Shown one piece after another: positions 28,489 to 37,335 of a DNA stretch of 64,000 bases. Below the pieces are notes generated by a model. That model made no database searches. It saw only the letters and a list, made by a program, of their open reading frames with translations, and was not told the origin of the DNA. The position numbers and the translations under genes were made by a program. This DNA comes from Rhodospirillales bacterium (GTDB lineage: Bacteria; Pseudomonadota; Alphaproteobacteria; JAJFIK01): NCBI GenBank assembly GCA_021775005.1, contig JAJFIK010000080.1, forward strand, positions 2,014-66,013, read 5' to 3'. Numbering within the stretch: position 1 is the stretch's first letter; the number at the start of each line of letters is the position of its first letter.

Positions 28489-29628
28489 GTGGCCTTATTT
28501 GACGATTTGACGAGCGAACCAGCGAGCGACACCAGTGCCGCGCGCAAGACATCAGGTGTGCTGCCTTCGCAAGACCTCCGTGCGCTCATCGCCGACAAAT
28601 CCCTCACCGCGACAACGCCCATTGCGAAAGCGCAGCTCCAACCTGCAAGTCTTGATCTGCGGCTCGGCAATAAGGCCTACCGCATGCGTGCCAGTTTTCT
28701 GCCGGGGCCCAATCGCTTGGTGCAAGACGCTATTCGCGATCTGGTCATGCATGAGATCGATATCTCCGCAGGGGCAGTGCTTGAAACCGGCTGCGTTTAT
28801 CTGGTGCCGCTGATGGAACACGCCAATCTGTCAGCGAAAATCTCTGGTGCCGCGAACCCCAAAAGTTCCACCGGCCGTATAGATGTGTTCACGCGGTTGA
28901 TTTGCGACAATGCGGCCGCGTTTGATCGCGTGGAGGCGGGCTATAAGGGTCCGCTCTATGCGGAAATAAGTCCCAAGACATTCAGCGTGCTTGTGCGCGC
29001 GGGCAGCCGCCTTAACCAGTTGCGTTTACGCCGCGGCAGCCCCAAGACGTCCGACACGCTGCTGCGCCGCCTGCATGAAGAAGTGGGCTTGGTGGACGCG
29101 GTGGGCGACATCGATCAAGGCATCGCCTTTACCATCGATCTTAAGGGTGATGCGGTGTCTGGTCTGGTGGGTTACCGCGCCAAGCGTCATGCGGGCGTGA
29201 TTGATGTGGACAATTCGGGGGGCTATGACGCCGCTGATTTCTGGGAACCCCTCATTGCGCGAAAAAGCTCAACCCTGATCCTCGACCCCGACGAGTTTTA
29301 TATCTTGGCTTCCCGAGAAGCGGTGACGGTGCCGCCGAATTATGCAGCGGAGATGGTGCCATTCAATCCGCTTGTGGGCGAGTTTCGCGTTCACTATGCG
29401 GGCTTTTTTGATCCGGGGTTTGGTCATTCTGAGTCTGGTGGAGCGGGAAGTCGCGGCGTGTTGGAAGTGCGCAGCCACGAAGTGCCGTTCATCCTGGATG
29501 ACGGGCAGATCGTCGGGCGTCTCATTTATGAACCGTTAACGGCGGTTCCTGATGTGATCTATGGAGCCGGCATCGGATCGAACTATCAACGCCAAGGCCT
29601 CAAACTATCCAAGCATTTCCGCAGTTAA
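28489..29628 (+). CDS. dcd: dCTP deaminase, alphaproteobacterial long form
   Basis: QPASLDLRLG, ANPKSSTGR, RVHYAGFFDPGFG, LEVRSHEVPF, SNYQ.QGLKLSKHF. Confidence 0.92.
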   Translation: MALFDDLTSEPASDTSAARKTSGVLPSQDLRALIADKSLTATTPIAKAQLQPASLDLRLGNKAYRMRASFLPGPNRLVQDAIRDLVMHEIDISAGAVLETGCVYLVPLMEHANLSAKISGAANPKSSTGRIDVFTRLICDNAAAFDRVEAGYKGPLYAEISPKTFSVLVRAGSRLNQLRLRRGSPKTSDTLLRRLHEEVGLVDAVGDIDQGIAFTIDLKGDAVSGLVGYRAKRHAGVIDVDNSGGYDAADFWEPLIARKSSTLILDPDEFYILASREAVTVPPNYAAEMVPFNPLVGEFRVHYAGFFDPGFGHSESGGAGSRGVLEVRSHEVPFILDDGQIVGRLIYEPLTAVPDVIYGAGIGSNYQRQGLKLSKHFRS

Positions 29629-29699
29629 CGTCCTTAACAACAGGTAAATCGCTATACCGCCTCTGAGCGGTTTTCGTTTCATTTCGGGACGAGACAAGT

Positions 29700-29714
29700 T
29701 GGCATGGGCCTTGC
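29700..29714 (+). promoter_or_regulatory. sigma54 (-24/-12) promoter
   Basis: TGGCATGGGCCTTGC matches TGGCAYG-N4-TTGC with exact GG/GC spacing; 66 bp upstream of ATG 29781. Confidence 0.7.
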
Positions 29715-29780
29715 GACCCGTTTGGGCGATGCGAGCGAAATATCGCTGCGCGACCCAAACAGAATGTAAGGACGAAACCA

Positions 29781-30443
29781 ATGAAGCGCATTCTTTTCAG
29801 CACCGCCGCGCTGATTGCGGTAATCGCAGCGGCCCCTGCCTTGGCGCAGGACAACAACAATATCATTAACGGCCAGATCAATCTGGGCGATGTCTGGGCC
29901 GGCATGGACATGGCGGTTTATGATGCCGGGTATGTGGAAGGCACCGCAGCGGCCATCGGCAATAGTTTCTCTGCTGAACTTGGCGGCGATAGCGGCGTTT
30001 GGACAAACCAACGCACCACCGGCGCGATCGAATCCAGCCTCAATGCCACGGTTGACTGGACAGAGGATGTCACTCTGACCTCCGCTGCGGTTGGCAACAC
30101 CGTATCGATCCTTAGCGAACCTTATCTTGATTGCGGCGTGGACGATTGTCCTTACGACGACGCGAGCCTTGAGCTCGATAACCGTCAGTATGTGAATTAT
30201 GACCCCACCGCGACCCTGACAATTTGGGCCAACGGTGTTGGCCATCTGAACGGCACCGCCGCGGCCATTGGCAACAGCCTGTCGGTTGAAGCATGGAACC
30301 ACGAAAACAATATCGATACACGCCAAGTGGTGAATGACGATGTGAACTCCTATGTTGGCGCAGCTGTGTCTGGCGCGGACAGCGTCACCCTGACGTCGGC
30401 TGCCGTTGGCAATACGGTCTCCATCGACAACTTGATGGACTAA
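29781..30443 (+). CDS. Secreted Asn/Ala/Thr-rich repeat protein, HfaD-like (copy 1)
   Basis: Sec signal ending ALA-Q; NGQINLGDV; four AA(I/V)GN(S/T)xS repeats; AAGGA RBS. Confidence 0.75.
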   Translation: MKRILFSTAALIAVIAAAPALAQDNNNIINGQINLGDVWAGMDMAVYDAGYVEGTAAAIGNSFSAELGGDSGVWTNQRTTGAIESSLNATVDWTEDVTLTSAAVGNTVSILSEPYLDCGVDDCPYDDASLELDNRQYVNYDPTATLTIWANGVGHLNGTAAAIGNSLSVEAWNHENNIDTRQVVNDDVNSYVGAAVSGADSVTLTSAAVGNTVSIDNLMD

Positions 30444-30452
30444 GGACAAACA

Positions 30453-30488
30453 GGTGGGGCGCGAGTTGAATTGCGCCCTACCGTTTTG
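30453..30488 (+). terminator. Intergenic stem-loop between the two repeat genes
   Basis: GGTGGGGCGCGA-loop-TTGCGCCCTACC followed by GTTTTG. Confidence 0.6.
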
Positions 30489-30503
30489 CTGCAAGGGCAC
30501 CCC

Positions 30504-31193
30504 ATGATGAAACGCAAATCTGTCTCCATCTTCTGCATAGGGGCGCTATTGTCCTCAATGGTTAGCGGTGTTGCATTTGCCGCAGACGACAATGACATTA
30601 TCAATGGTCAATTGAATCTTTCGCAAATCTCAGCGGGTATGGACATGATTGTCTATGACGCTGATGGGTATGTTTCCGGCACCTCCGCCGCCATCGGCAA
30701 TAGTTTCAGTGGTGAACTGGGCGGCTTTTCCCATGTGGTGAATAACCAGCGAACCGTTGGTGCCATTGACGCCAAGCTGGATTTCACCGGCGGCAATATT
30801 GAGGGAATGACGTTAATCTCGGCTGCGGTGGGCAACACGGCGTCCATCGTCTCTGACGCGCGTATCCCGAGCCCGGATAACAAGGTCGTTGAATGCCCTG
30901 AAAAATTTTACGGCATTGATGTACACAATCGTCAGGTGGTGGAAGTGGACCCAACAGCGACGCTGTATTTCAACGTTTCCGGTGTTGGATATACGGACGG
31001 CATCGCCGCCGCCATCGGTAACAGCCTCTCTATTGAAGGTTATGGCCATACCAATTTAGTTGATACGACGCAGATTGTGCGTGACCGGGTCAGCTCATAT
31101 GTGGGGGCAACGGTGTCTGGGGCCGCTGGGGTCAGCGCCACGTCTGCAGCTGTGGGCAATACGGTATCAATAGACAATTTGATCAATAATTAG
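30504..31193 (+). CDS. Secreted repeat protein, HfaD-like (copy 2, paralog of copy 1)
   Basis: Signal peptide ending AFA-A; NDIINGQLNL; same four repeats; C-terminus SAAVGNTVSIDNL identical to copy 1. Confidence 0.75.
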   Translation: MMKRKSVSIFCIGALLSSMVSGVAFAADDNDIINGQLNLSQISAGMDMIVYDADGYVSGTSAAIGNSFSGELGGFSHVVNNQRTVGAIDAKLDFTGGNIEGMTLISAAVGNTASIVSDARIPSPDNKVVECPEKFYGIDVHNRQVVEVDPTATLYFNVSGVGYTDGIAAAIGNSLSIEGYGHTNLVDTTQIVRDRVSSYVGATVSGAAGVSATSAAVGNTVSIDNLINN

Positions 31194-31228
31194 AAACACC
31201 TGCGCGTCGCAACACGGGCAAGGCAATG

Positions 31229-31263
31229 AAGGGGCGGATGGCCAAACATCCGCCTCTTTTTTT
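31229..31263 (+). terminator. Rho-independent terminator
   Basis: AAGGGGCGGATG-loop-CATCCGCCTC followed by a run of 7 T. Confidence 0.85.
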
Positions 31264-31312
31264 GGTTCAATTGCCGGGGCGAAGTTAAACCAAGTTGCAA
31301 CAGGTCGATTAA

Positions 31313-31723
31313 ATGAAATTACCAATAACAGGCTCATGCCTATGCGGGCAGGTGAGTTACACTTCTAAGTCGGCGCCTCTGTGGTCCGCAAATTGTTATT
31401 GCAGGAGTTGTAGGATTTGGAGCGGCGCGCCCCATACAACCTCTTTCAGTGTACCGAGCCAGGCTTTAAGCGTTGTTGGGGCTCTGTCGTATTTCCAACG
31501 TGACGCTGCCAGCGGCGGCAGGGTAACATGGGCGCGGTGTACGAATTGCGCTACGGCCATATGGGGCAGGAGTACATCTAATCCTGATCTTACTGGTGTT
31601 TTTGCGGCGACATTGGATGACGACACAGGCTTTGCGCCCATCTCCAATGTTTATGTTTCGGATGCGGTCCATTGGGCCGTCCCGGACCCCGGCATTGTGT
31701 CGTTCGAAAAAATGCCAAGCTGA
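31313..31723 (+). CDS. GFA / CENP-V family Zn-binding protein
   Basis: GSCLCG, CYCRSCR, CTNC. Confidence 0.9.
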   Translation: MKLPITGSCLCGQVSYTSKSAPLWSANCYCRSCRIWSGAPHTTSFSVPSQALSVVGALSYFQRDAASGGRVTWARCTNCATAIWGRSTSNPDLTGVFAATLDDDTGFAPISNVYVSDAVHWAVPDPGIVSFEKMPS

Positions 31724-31733
31724 CAATAGAATG

Positions 31734-31764
31734 AAAGGACGGATACCGAAGTATCCGCCCTTTT
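31734..31764. terminator. Terminator between convergent genes
   Basis: AAAGGACGGATAC-CGAA-GTATCCGCCCTTTT. Confidence 0.7.
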
Positions 31765-31770
31765 GTTTGA

Positions 31771-32274
31771 TTACATACCGCCGTGGGAGACCGCTAACAT
31801 GCAATAGAGCATGGGGATCGACAGCAGCGTGTTGATGCGGCTGAACAGCATGGCTGTGCGTGCCGCCTTTGGCTTTGCGTCAGCTTCTGCTTCCACAAGG
31901 CCAAGCGCGATCTTCTGGTTCGGCCAGATGACCATCCAGACGTTAAACGCCATGATGATGCCGAACCACATGCCGATGCCGATATAGGTGATGGCAACGG
32001 AGCCGCCACCAATGCCCAACATCAACGCGCTGCCGATATAGCCCTGCATGTAACCGAGTAGCAGCCCGAAGACGAGCGTTGAGAGTGCCGCCCAGCGGAA
32101 CCAGAACAGCGCCGCCGGGGCGATATGCTTGCCGATGGCAGGTTTCAAATCGTCCGGAATTTTGGGCATGGTCGGGATCTGCACAAAGTTGAAATACCAA
32201 AGCAGTCCAATCCACATCACGCCTGACGCAACGTGGAGCCAGCGGACAATCAGGTTCAGGTCAAAAAATTCCAT
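31771..32274 (-). CDS. Urate hydroxylase PuuD N-terminal-family membrane protein (no cytochrome c domain)
   Basis: RWLHV..GVMWIGLLWYFNFVQ, ALFWFRW, IMAFNVW.VIWPNQK, SRINT.LSIPML. Confidence 0.85.
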   Translation of the reverse strand: MEFFDLNLIVRWLHVASGVMWIGLLWYFNFVQIPTMPKIPDDLKPAIGKHIAPAALFWFRWAALSTLVFGLLLGYMQGYIGSALMLGIGGGSVAITYIGIGMWFGIIMAFNVWMVIWPNQKIALGLVEAEADAKPKAARTAMLFSRINTLLSIPMLYCMLAVSHGGM

Positions 32275-32287
32275 GTGACGTCTCCCC

Positions 32288-32383
32288 TCAACCTGCGATC
32301 ATTGGTGCAACAAGAATGACAATCACAGTGAGCACCAGTCCGGCGATCACCGTGTATTTCAAGTCAGTCAGAACGACATCCAT
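32288..32383 (-). CDS. 31-aa single-TM microprotein
   Basis: MDVVLTDLKYTVIAGLVLTVIVILVAPMIAG; AGGGGA RBS; 13 nt upstream of the PuuD-like gene. Confidence 0.6.
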   Translation of the reverse strand: MDVVLTDLKYTVIAGLVLTVIVILVAPMIAG

Positions 32384-32480
32384 CTGGAAAGTTCCCCTTG
32401 GTTGGTCAGATTTGAATCGCCCCAAAGCACCACAATTTGGGTGATTCGGCAATGACGAGCTCTTGTGCAGTGCCGAATCT

Positions 32481-33614
32481 CTAATCAGCAAACCGCGCAA
32501 GGGTTAGAAAGCCCGCATCGGGGTTAGGGTCTTTGTCAAGGGCGAGCTCGGCCAGCAACGTGCCGATGATAGGCGCGAACTTAAATCCGTGCCCGGACAA
32601 TCCGGCGGCAAACGAAACCCGGTCACTTGAAGGGTGCCGATCAATGATGAAGTCTCCGTCAGGGCTCATCTCATAAAGACATGTTTCTTCGCGGGTTATT
32701 TCCGGTCGCAGATTGGGTATATATTTGGTGACGAAATTTACCGCCGCACCGCGCTCTTCATCGGTGGCATACCCTAATCGCGCTTCGGGGGCGGAAATTT
32801 CGCGGCCCCCGGTGTGCTCAGCCAATTTGATCCCGCTGCGATCTATAGCTGGAAAGCCATAGAAAAACCGCTCGTCAGGTTCCTCTACGGCAAAGCTGGT
32901 GAAAGACCCGCTCATATGAAGCGCGTCCTCCCCCGGTGCAAACCAGAACAGCGGTTTCTCAAGGGTGCGAAGGGGCGCGGCGGTGCCCAGGAGTTCTGGT
33001 GCCCAAATGCCGGTGGCGACCACAAGCCGATCAACATCGTATGTCGTTACCTCAGAGCGCAGGCGGATGCCGCCGCCTCGCTCGGTCCACTCAAGTACGC
33101 GCTCGGAAGGATGCAGCACCGCGCCGCTCGCCTGCGCCAGATCGACTTGTGCGGTGAGCACCCGATTGGCGAGCAAAAACCCTGCTTCGGTTTCAAACAC
33201 CGCCTCCATGCTCTCGCCGAGATGAAACCAAGGCCAACGGGCCTGCATGGTTTGCGGCGAAAGGGACTCAAGTTTAAGGCCGTGCGCGTCTGCGGCCGCC
33301 CGAACGCCTGCGAGCAGCGGCCCATCTGGCAAGCCCGCTTCCATTACGCCGGTGCGCACAAACAACTGCTCGTCGGCGGCGTTCTCAAGCGCGGCCCAGC
33401 TCTCAAGCGCGCAGCGCAAAAGCGGGACATAGTTTGGGTTTTCAAAATACGCCAATCGAAAAAGCCGCGTGGGCCCATGGCTGCTGCCATAGGCGTGATG
33501 AAAGGGATGTTGATCAAAGAGGTGCACTTCCGCCCCTGCACGCACTAGGGCAAGCGCGACCGCCGACCCCGCAACACCGGCACCGACAACGGCAACTTTT
33601 GGCATGCGCTTCAT
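32481..33614 (-). CDS. solA: N-methyl-L-tryptophan/monomeric sarcosine oxidase family flavoenzyme
   Basis: VVGAGVAG, GSSHGPTRL.RLAY, CLYEMSPDGDFIID, SGHGFKF. Confidence 0.88.
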   Translation of the reverse strand: MKRMPKVAVVGAGVAGSAVALALVRAGAEVHLFDQHPFHHAYGSSHGPTRLFRLAYFENPNYVPLLRCALESWAALENAADEQLFVRTGVMEAGLPDGPLLAGVRAAADAHGLKLESLSPQTMQARWPWFHLGESMEAVFETEAGFLLANRVLTAQVDLAQASGAVLHPSERVLEWTERGGGIRLRSEVTTYDVDRLVVATGIWAPELLGTAAPLRTLEKPLFWFAPGEDALHMSGSFTSFAVEEPDERFFYGFPAIDRSGIKLAEHTGGREISAPEARLGYATDEERGAAVNFVTKYIPNLRPEITREETCLYEMSPDGDFIIDRHPSSDRVSFAAGLSGHGFKFAPIIGTLLAELALDKDPNPDAGFLTLARFAD

Positions 33615-33931
33615 CTGCAATCCTCAAGCAGCGGTCAGACATTGGGAAACAACAACCAGGGACATTACGAGCGAAAGGTGGATTAGGACGTGTTCAGACG
33701 CGGCCATAGCTTGCTCGTCAATGGGAGCGCCAATCTAAGGATTGATTCGGCAAGGTCAGAACCTTGCCGCAATGCTCGGCATCATCTTGCTGTTTGTGAA
33801 TACCAAACCACATAAGAGTTAAGCTCGCGCTCGTCATTGGATGGTAAATCAATGTCATTGGAGGTATTGTGGTGGGGGCGTCCCCAGGCCGAGTACGCGC
33901 CTGAAAACAGTCTAGAACGGGAGTGATCTCA

Positions 33932-34690
33932 ATGAATATGCTGGGATCATGGGTCAAACGTTTTGCGCTACTATTTGGCTATGAAATTCGCAGTTTGTCT
34001 AAAAGCCCTTACCCTTATGGATATGAGCTTTGGCAGGACGCTGTGAGGTTGAGTGCCATTTTGAATTGGCCGGTAGAGGTCGTCTTCGATGTCGGTGCGA
34101 ATAACGGCTCAACGACTCAAGTGGTTTTGGACAAATTCCCCGAGGCGAATGTGTTCGCGTTTGAGCCCAATCCGCCCACCTTTGCGCGGCTGCTGAAAGC
34201 TGTGCCGGACAAAAGAGCTACCCAACTGCCAATCGCATTGAGTGACACCAGTGGCGCGCTGCCGTTCTATGATTACGCAGAAAGCGATCTGATCGGAAGC
34301 CTTGCCGCAAATGCGGGCTATTCAAAGGGAAGCGGCTTCAAGCCGAGGGAAATAACCGTCGACTGCTCGACCGTCGATCAAGTTTGCAGGGATCACGACA
34401 TTGATCGGATCAGTGTTCTAAAAATTGATGCAGAGGGTGCAGATTTTGCGGTGCTTCGCGGGGCTGAACGAATGCTGCGTAACGCAGCTATTGATTTTGT
34501 CTATTTTGAGTTCAACGATTATGCCACGCCGCCTGATATAGACGGCGGAGGGCTTGGCGAAATCTGCGAGTGGCTTCACGGTTTTGGATTTAGGCTTGTC
34601 GCAACCTACACAGATCGTATCGATTATACGGACGATGAGTTGTTTGTTATTTCAAACGCGCTCATGGTTCGTCCCAACCGGCTGAGTTAA
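33932..34690 (+). CDS. FkbM family methyltransferase
   Basis: VFDVGANNG, AFEPNP, LKIDAEGAD..VLRGA. Confidence 0.9.
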   Translation: MNMLGSWVKRFALLFGYEIRSLSKSPYPYGYELWQDAVRLSAILNWPVEVVFDVGANNGSTTQVVLDKFPEANVFAFEPNPPTFARLLKAVPDKRATQLPIALSDTSGALPFYDYAESDLIGSLAANAGYSKGSGFKPREITVDCSTVDQVCRDHDIDRISVLKIDAEGADFAVLRGAERMLRNAAIDFVYFEFNDYATPPDIDGGGLGEICEWLHGFGFRLVATYTDRIDYTDDELFVISNALMVRPNRLS

Positions 34691-34767
34691 GTTCATTTAG
34701 ACGCCTGATCCGGCAAAGGGCACACTCTAGACTGGGTCCCTGATTTCAGGCATATCTCCCCCTCAAG

Positions 34768-34842
34768 GCGGGTGTAGCTCAGTGGTAGAGCATCAGCTTC
34801 CCAAGCTGAGGGCCGTGGGTTCGATCCCCATCACCCGCTCCA
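34768..34842 (+). tRNA. tRNA-Gly(CCC)
   Basis: Acceptor GCGGGTG/CACCCGC, D-arm GCTCAGTGGTAGAGC, anticodon arm TCAGC-TTCCCAA-GCTGA, T-arm GGTTCGATCC, encoded CCA. Confidence 0.97.
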
Positions 34843-34877
34843 AATCTCTCAAATGCATTGATTGTTGGAAACCGCAA

Positions 34878-36464
34878 TTAGCTTGCGGCTAACCGGGCCT
34901 GACCAGCGGCGGAGGGCTGGGCTGCGACGTCAGAGGCGGTGCTTTGGTCCACCGCATTGACAATCAAGCGGATCAGCTGCGCCCCATTGATGGGCTTGGC
35001 TAGATGATAGTCCATCCCGGCCTCCAGGCATTCCTGCACCTGCGTATCCAGTGTATTGGCTGTGACAGCGATGATGGGCACCGGCGCCCGGCCCTCCGAC
35101 TTCTCATCCTTGCGAATCTGTTTGGTGGCTTCAATGCCGGACATCACAGGCATGCGCACATCCATCAAGATCGCATCAAAACGCTTTTCTCCTGCCGCGG
35201 CACAGGCCCTTTGCCCATCACCTACAAACGTGATGTTGCGCGTGAGTGGTGCCAGAAGCGCGGCAACGACGCGGCAGTTGGTCTCATCATCCTCGGCGCA
35301 AAGAAGCGAGAGCGCATTTGGGTCGTGGGTGCCGCTCGTGTCCTTGCCCGCCGCCCGGCCCTTGAGGGGCAATGTGACGGTGAACCTTGTACCTTGCCCG
35401 GGCGCGCTTTTCACATCAATGAAGCCATCCATCTGCCGCACCAGCCGATCGACGATGGCAAGGCCAAGGCCCACGCCATCAATCACTTCACCTGCCTGCG
35501 GTTGCACCCGGTGGAAGGGTTCGAAAATCTGTTCCAGATCCGCGTCGTCAATACCTCGGCCCGTATCGGTGACGGTAAAGGTGAGTTGATTTTCGGTGCC
35601 GTCGGCTGAGGCGACCAGGCTGACTTTCCCGGTCGCGGTGAATTTGATTCCGTTGCACAGCAAATTGTGCAGGATCTGCCGTATGCGAGCCTCGTCGCCG
35701 AAGTAGGAAGGCAAGACGGCATCGTCCACGGTCAGATCCAACTCAACGCCTTTGTCTTTCGCCTGGCCGGAAACCGTGTCGCGCATTCCTGCAAAAAGGT
35801 TGTCCACTTCAAACCAATCCTCGTGAAGATCGAGCCGGTCCACATCGTCGCGGGCTATATCGAGAACGTTGGTAATGAGTTCCAGCAGATGTTTGCCGGC
35901 GTCCTCAATCGTATCAATAAGGCCCAGGTGCTGATCGGGTAGGTCCTGCAACTTTGCAATCTGTGCCATACCAAGGATTGCGTTCAGCGGGGTGCGGAGT
36001 TCATGGCTCATGGTTGCCAGGAATTCCGACTTCCGCGCCGCCTCGTCGCGCGAGGCCCTGGCGTCGCGCTGCGCAGACTTCTCACGTGAGATGTCGCGGA
36101 TCACGCCAACAAGACCCGGGCGTCCGCCTGGAAGGGTAAAAGGGGATTTCATGGTCCGCGCCGTAATGGTGCGAATACCGGCGGTAATTGTTTCCTCGTT
36201 TTCGATGGTTTCGCCACCAAAGACGATACGGTCATCAATGTCCCAAAAGGCCTTTACTTCATCAGCCGGAAAAACGGCGCTGTCATCTTTCATCAGGAAG
36301 TTGGCTTCGCCATCTTCACCAAGGATGCGCCAAAAGGCAGGGTTGCCATAGACCCAGCGGTGATGCTCGTCTTTGACAAATATCGGATCAGCAATGCTGT
36401 CCAGCAGCGCGCGCAGGAAGTCTGCGTCGGACTTCAGCACGTTATTCGGCTGTTCTATTGCCAT
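34878..36464 (-). CDS. Cytoplasmic PAS hybrid sensor histidine kinase/receiver
   Basis: PAS (DPIFVKD), H-box MSHELRTPLN, NLLCNGIKFT, DTGRG, GVGLGL, receiver ILMDVRMP..KP. Confidence 0.93.
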   Translation of the reverse strand: MAIEQPNNVLKSDADFLRALLDSIADPIFVKDEHHRWVYGNPAFWRILGEDGEANFLMKDDSAVFPADEVKAFWDIDDRIVFGGETIENEETITAGIRTITARTMKSPFTLPGGRPGLVGVIRDISREKSAQRDARASRDEAARKSEFLATMSHELRTPLNAILGMAQIAKLQDLPDQHLGLIDTIEDAGKHLLELITNVLDIARDDVDRLDLHEDWFEVDNLFAGMRDTVSGQAKDKGVELDLTVDDAVLPSYFGDEARIRQILHNLLCNGIKFTATGKVSLVASADGTENQLTFTVTDTGRGIDDADLEQIFEPFHRVQPQAGEVIDGVGLGLAIVDRLVRQMDGFIDVKSAPGQGTRFTVTLPLKGRAAGKDTSGTHDPNALSLLCAEDDETNCRVVAALLAPLTRNITFVGDGQRACAAAGEKRFDAILMDVRMPVMSGIEATKQIRKDEKSEGRAPVPIIAVTANTLDTQVQECLEAGMDYHLAKPINGAQLIRLIVNAVDQSTASDVAAQPSAAGQARLAAS

Positions 36465-36610
36465 CGTCCTGCCCTTCCAAATAAGCCAGTGTCTCCGCCA
36501 AATTCAACGTTTCCTGAAACGATCAACTCTAGGGATATCTAGCTAATGTCCGGTAAAGGCTGGCGCTGAAGCATAGAAGCCGTTATCCACAGGCGGTTTT
36601 CGGAACAGCA

Positions 36611-37315
36611 ATGGTTAACACTTTGGAAATTCAGCTTTTCAGTTTCCCGTCAGGCGCGGCCAAGGCCACGGGCGCCACCATCATCATTGATGTTTTTCGC
36701 GCCTTCACCACGGCGACCTATGCCTTTGCGTCGGGGGCGAGCGAGATCATCATGGTGGGTGAGCTTGATGAGGCGCTGGCGTTGAAAACATCAGGCCGCG
36801 TTGATTTCAGTATTGGCGAGCGCGAGGGGCTGATGCCCCCTGGCTTTGACTTTGGAAACTCGCCGACCGCCATGCGGGACGCGGATTTCTCAGGCCAACG
36901 CCTGGCGCTGACCACCTCTAATGGGACCAAAGCCATGCTGGCTGCCACGGCGGCGGCGCGGCGCTTCACCGGCGCGCTGGTCAATTTAACCGCAACCGTC
37001 AATGCCGCCGGCGTGAGGGCCGAGGCGCTGTCCATTGTCGCTGCGGGCCGCAAGGGCACCATCAAAGCGGATGAAGATGAGCTCTGCGCCGGTCTTATGC
37101 GCAATCATGCCCTGGGTCTTGAGATGGACCACCCCGCGGTTCGCGCGCATTTGCAGGCGCATTTCCTCAATGAGGCTTTTTTGGCCTCGCGGGCGAAGTT
37201 TGGCCCCTCCAGTGATTGGGAGCTTGCGTGCGACGTTGACAGGTTTGACTTTGCCATTGAGGTCCGCCAAGAGGGGGGCCTTCTGGTGGCGCGCGCAGAT
37301 TGCGCCCATTTTTGA
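36611..37315 (+). CDS. comB: 2-phosphosulfolactate phosphatase
   Basis: IIIDVFRAFTT, GER, FDFGNSP, TTSNGT, ED..CA. Confidence 0.88.
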   Translation: MVNTLEIQLFSFPSGAAKATGATIIIDVFRAFTTATYAFASGASEIIMVGELDEALALKTSGRVDFSIGEREGLMPPGFDFGNSPTAMRDADFSGQRLALTTSNGTKAMLAATAAARRFTGALVNLTATVNAAGVRAEALSIVAAGRKGTIKADEDELCAGLMRNHALGLEMDHPAVRAHLQAHFLNEAFLASRAKFGPSSDWELACDVDRFDFAIEVRQEGGLLVARADCAHF

Positions 37316-37335
37316 TTGCGTAGAAGGTAAGGGTT

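Noticed and set aside
29679..30500. 273-aa antisense ORF over repeat protein 1
   Set aside because: Shadow of a codon-biased sense gene that has a signal peptide, RBS, promoter and paralog; no recognisable motifs
32814..33548. Long antisense or alternate-frame ORFs (also 21347-22087, 43056-43817, 59291-60013, 60056-60748)
   Set aside because: Lie fully within well-supported genes; expected at this GC content; no motifs
34843..36610. Possible island integrated at tRNA-Gly carrying the PAS kinase
   Set aside because: No duplicate of the tRNA 3' end (ATCACCCGCTCCA) seen downstream and no integrase in the window
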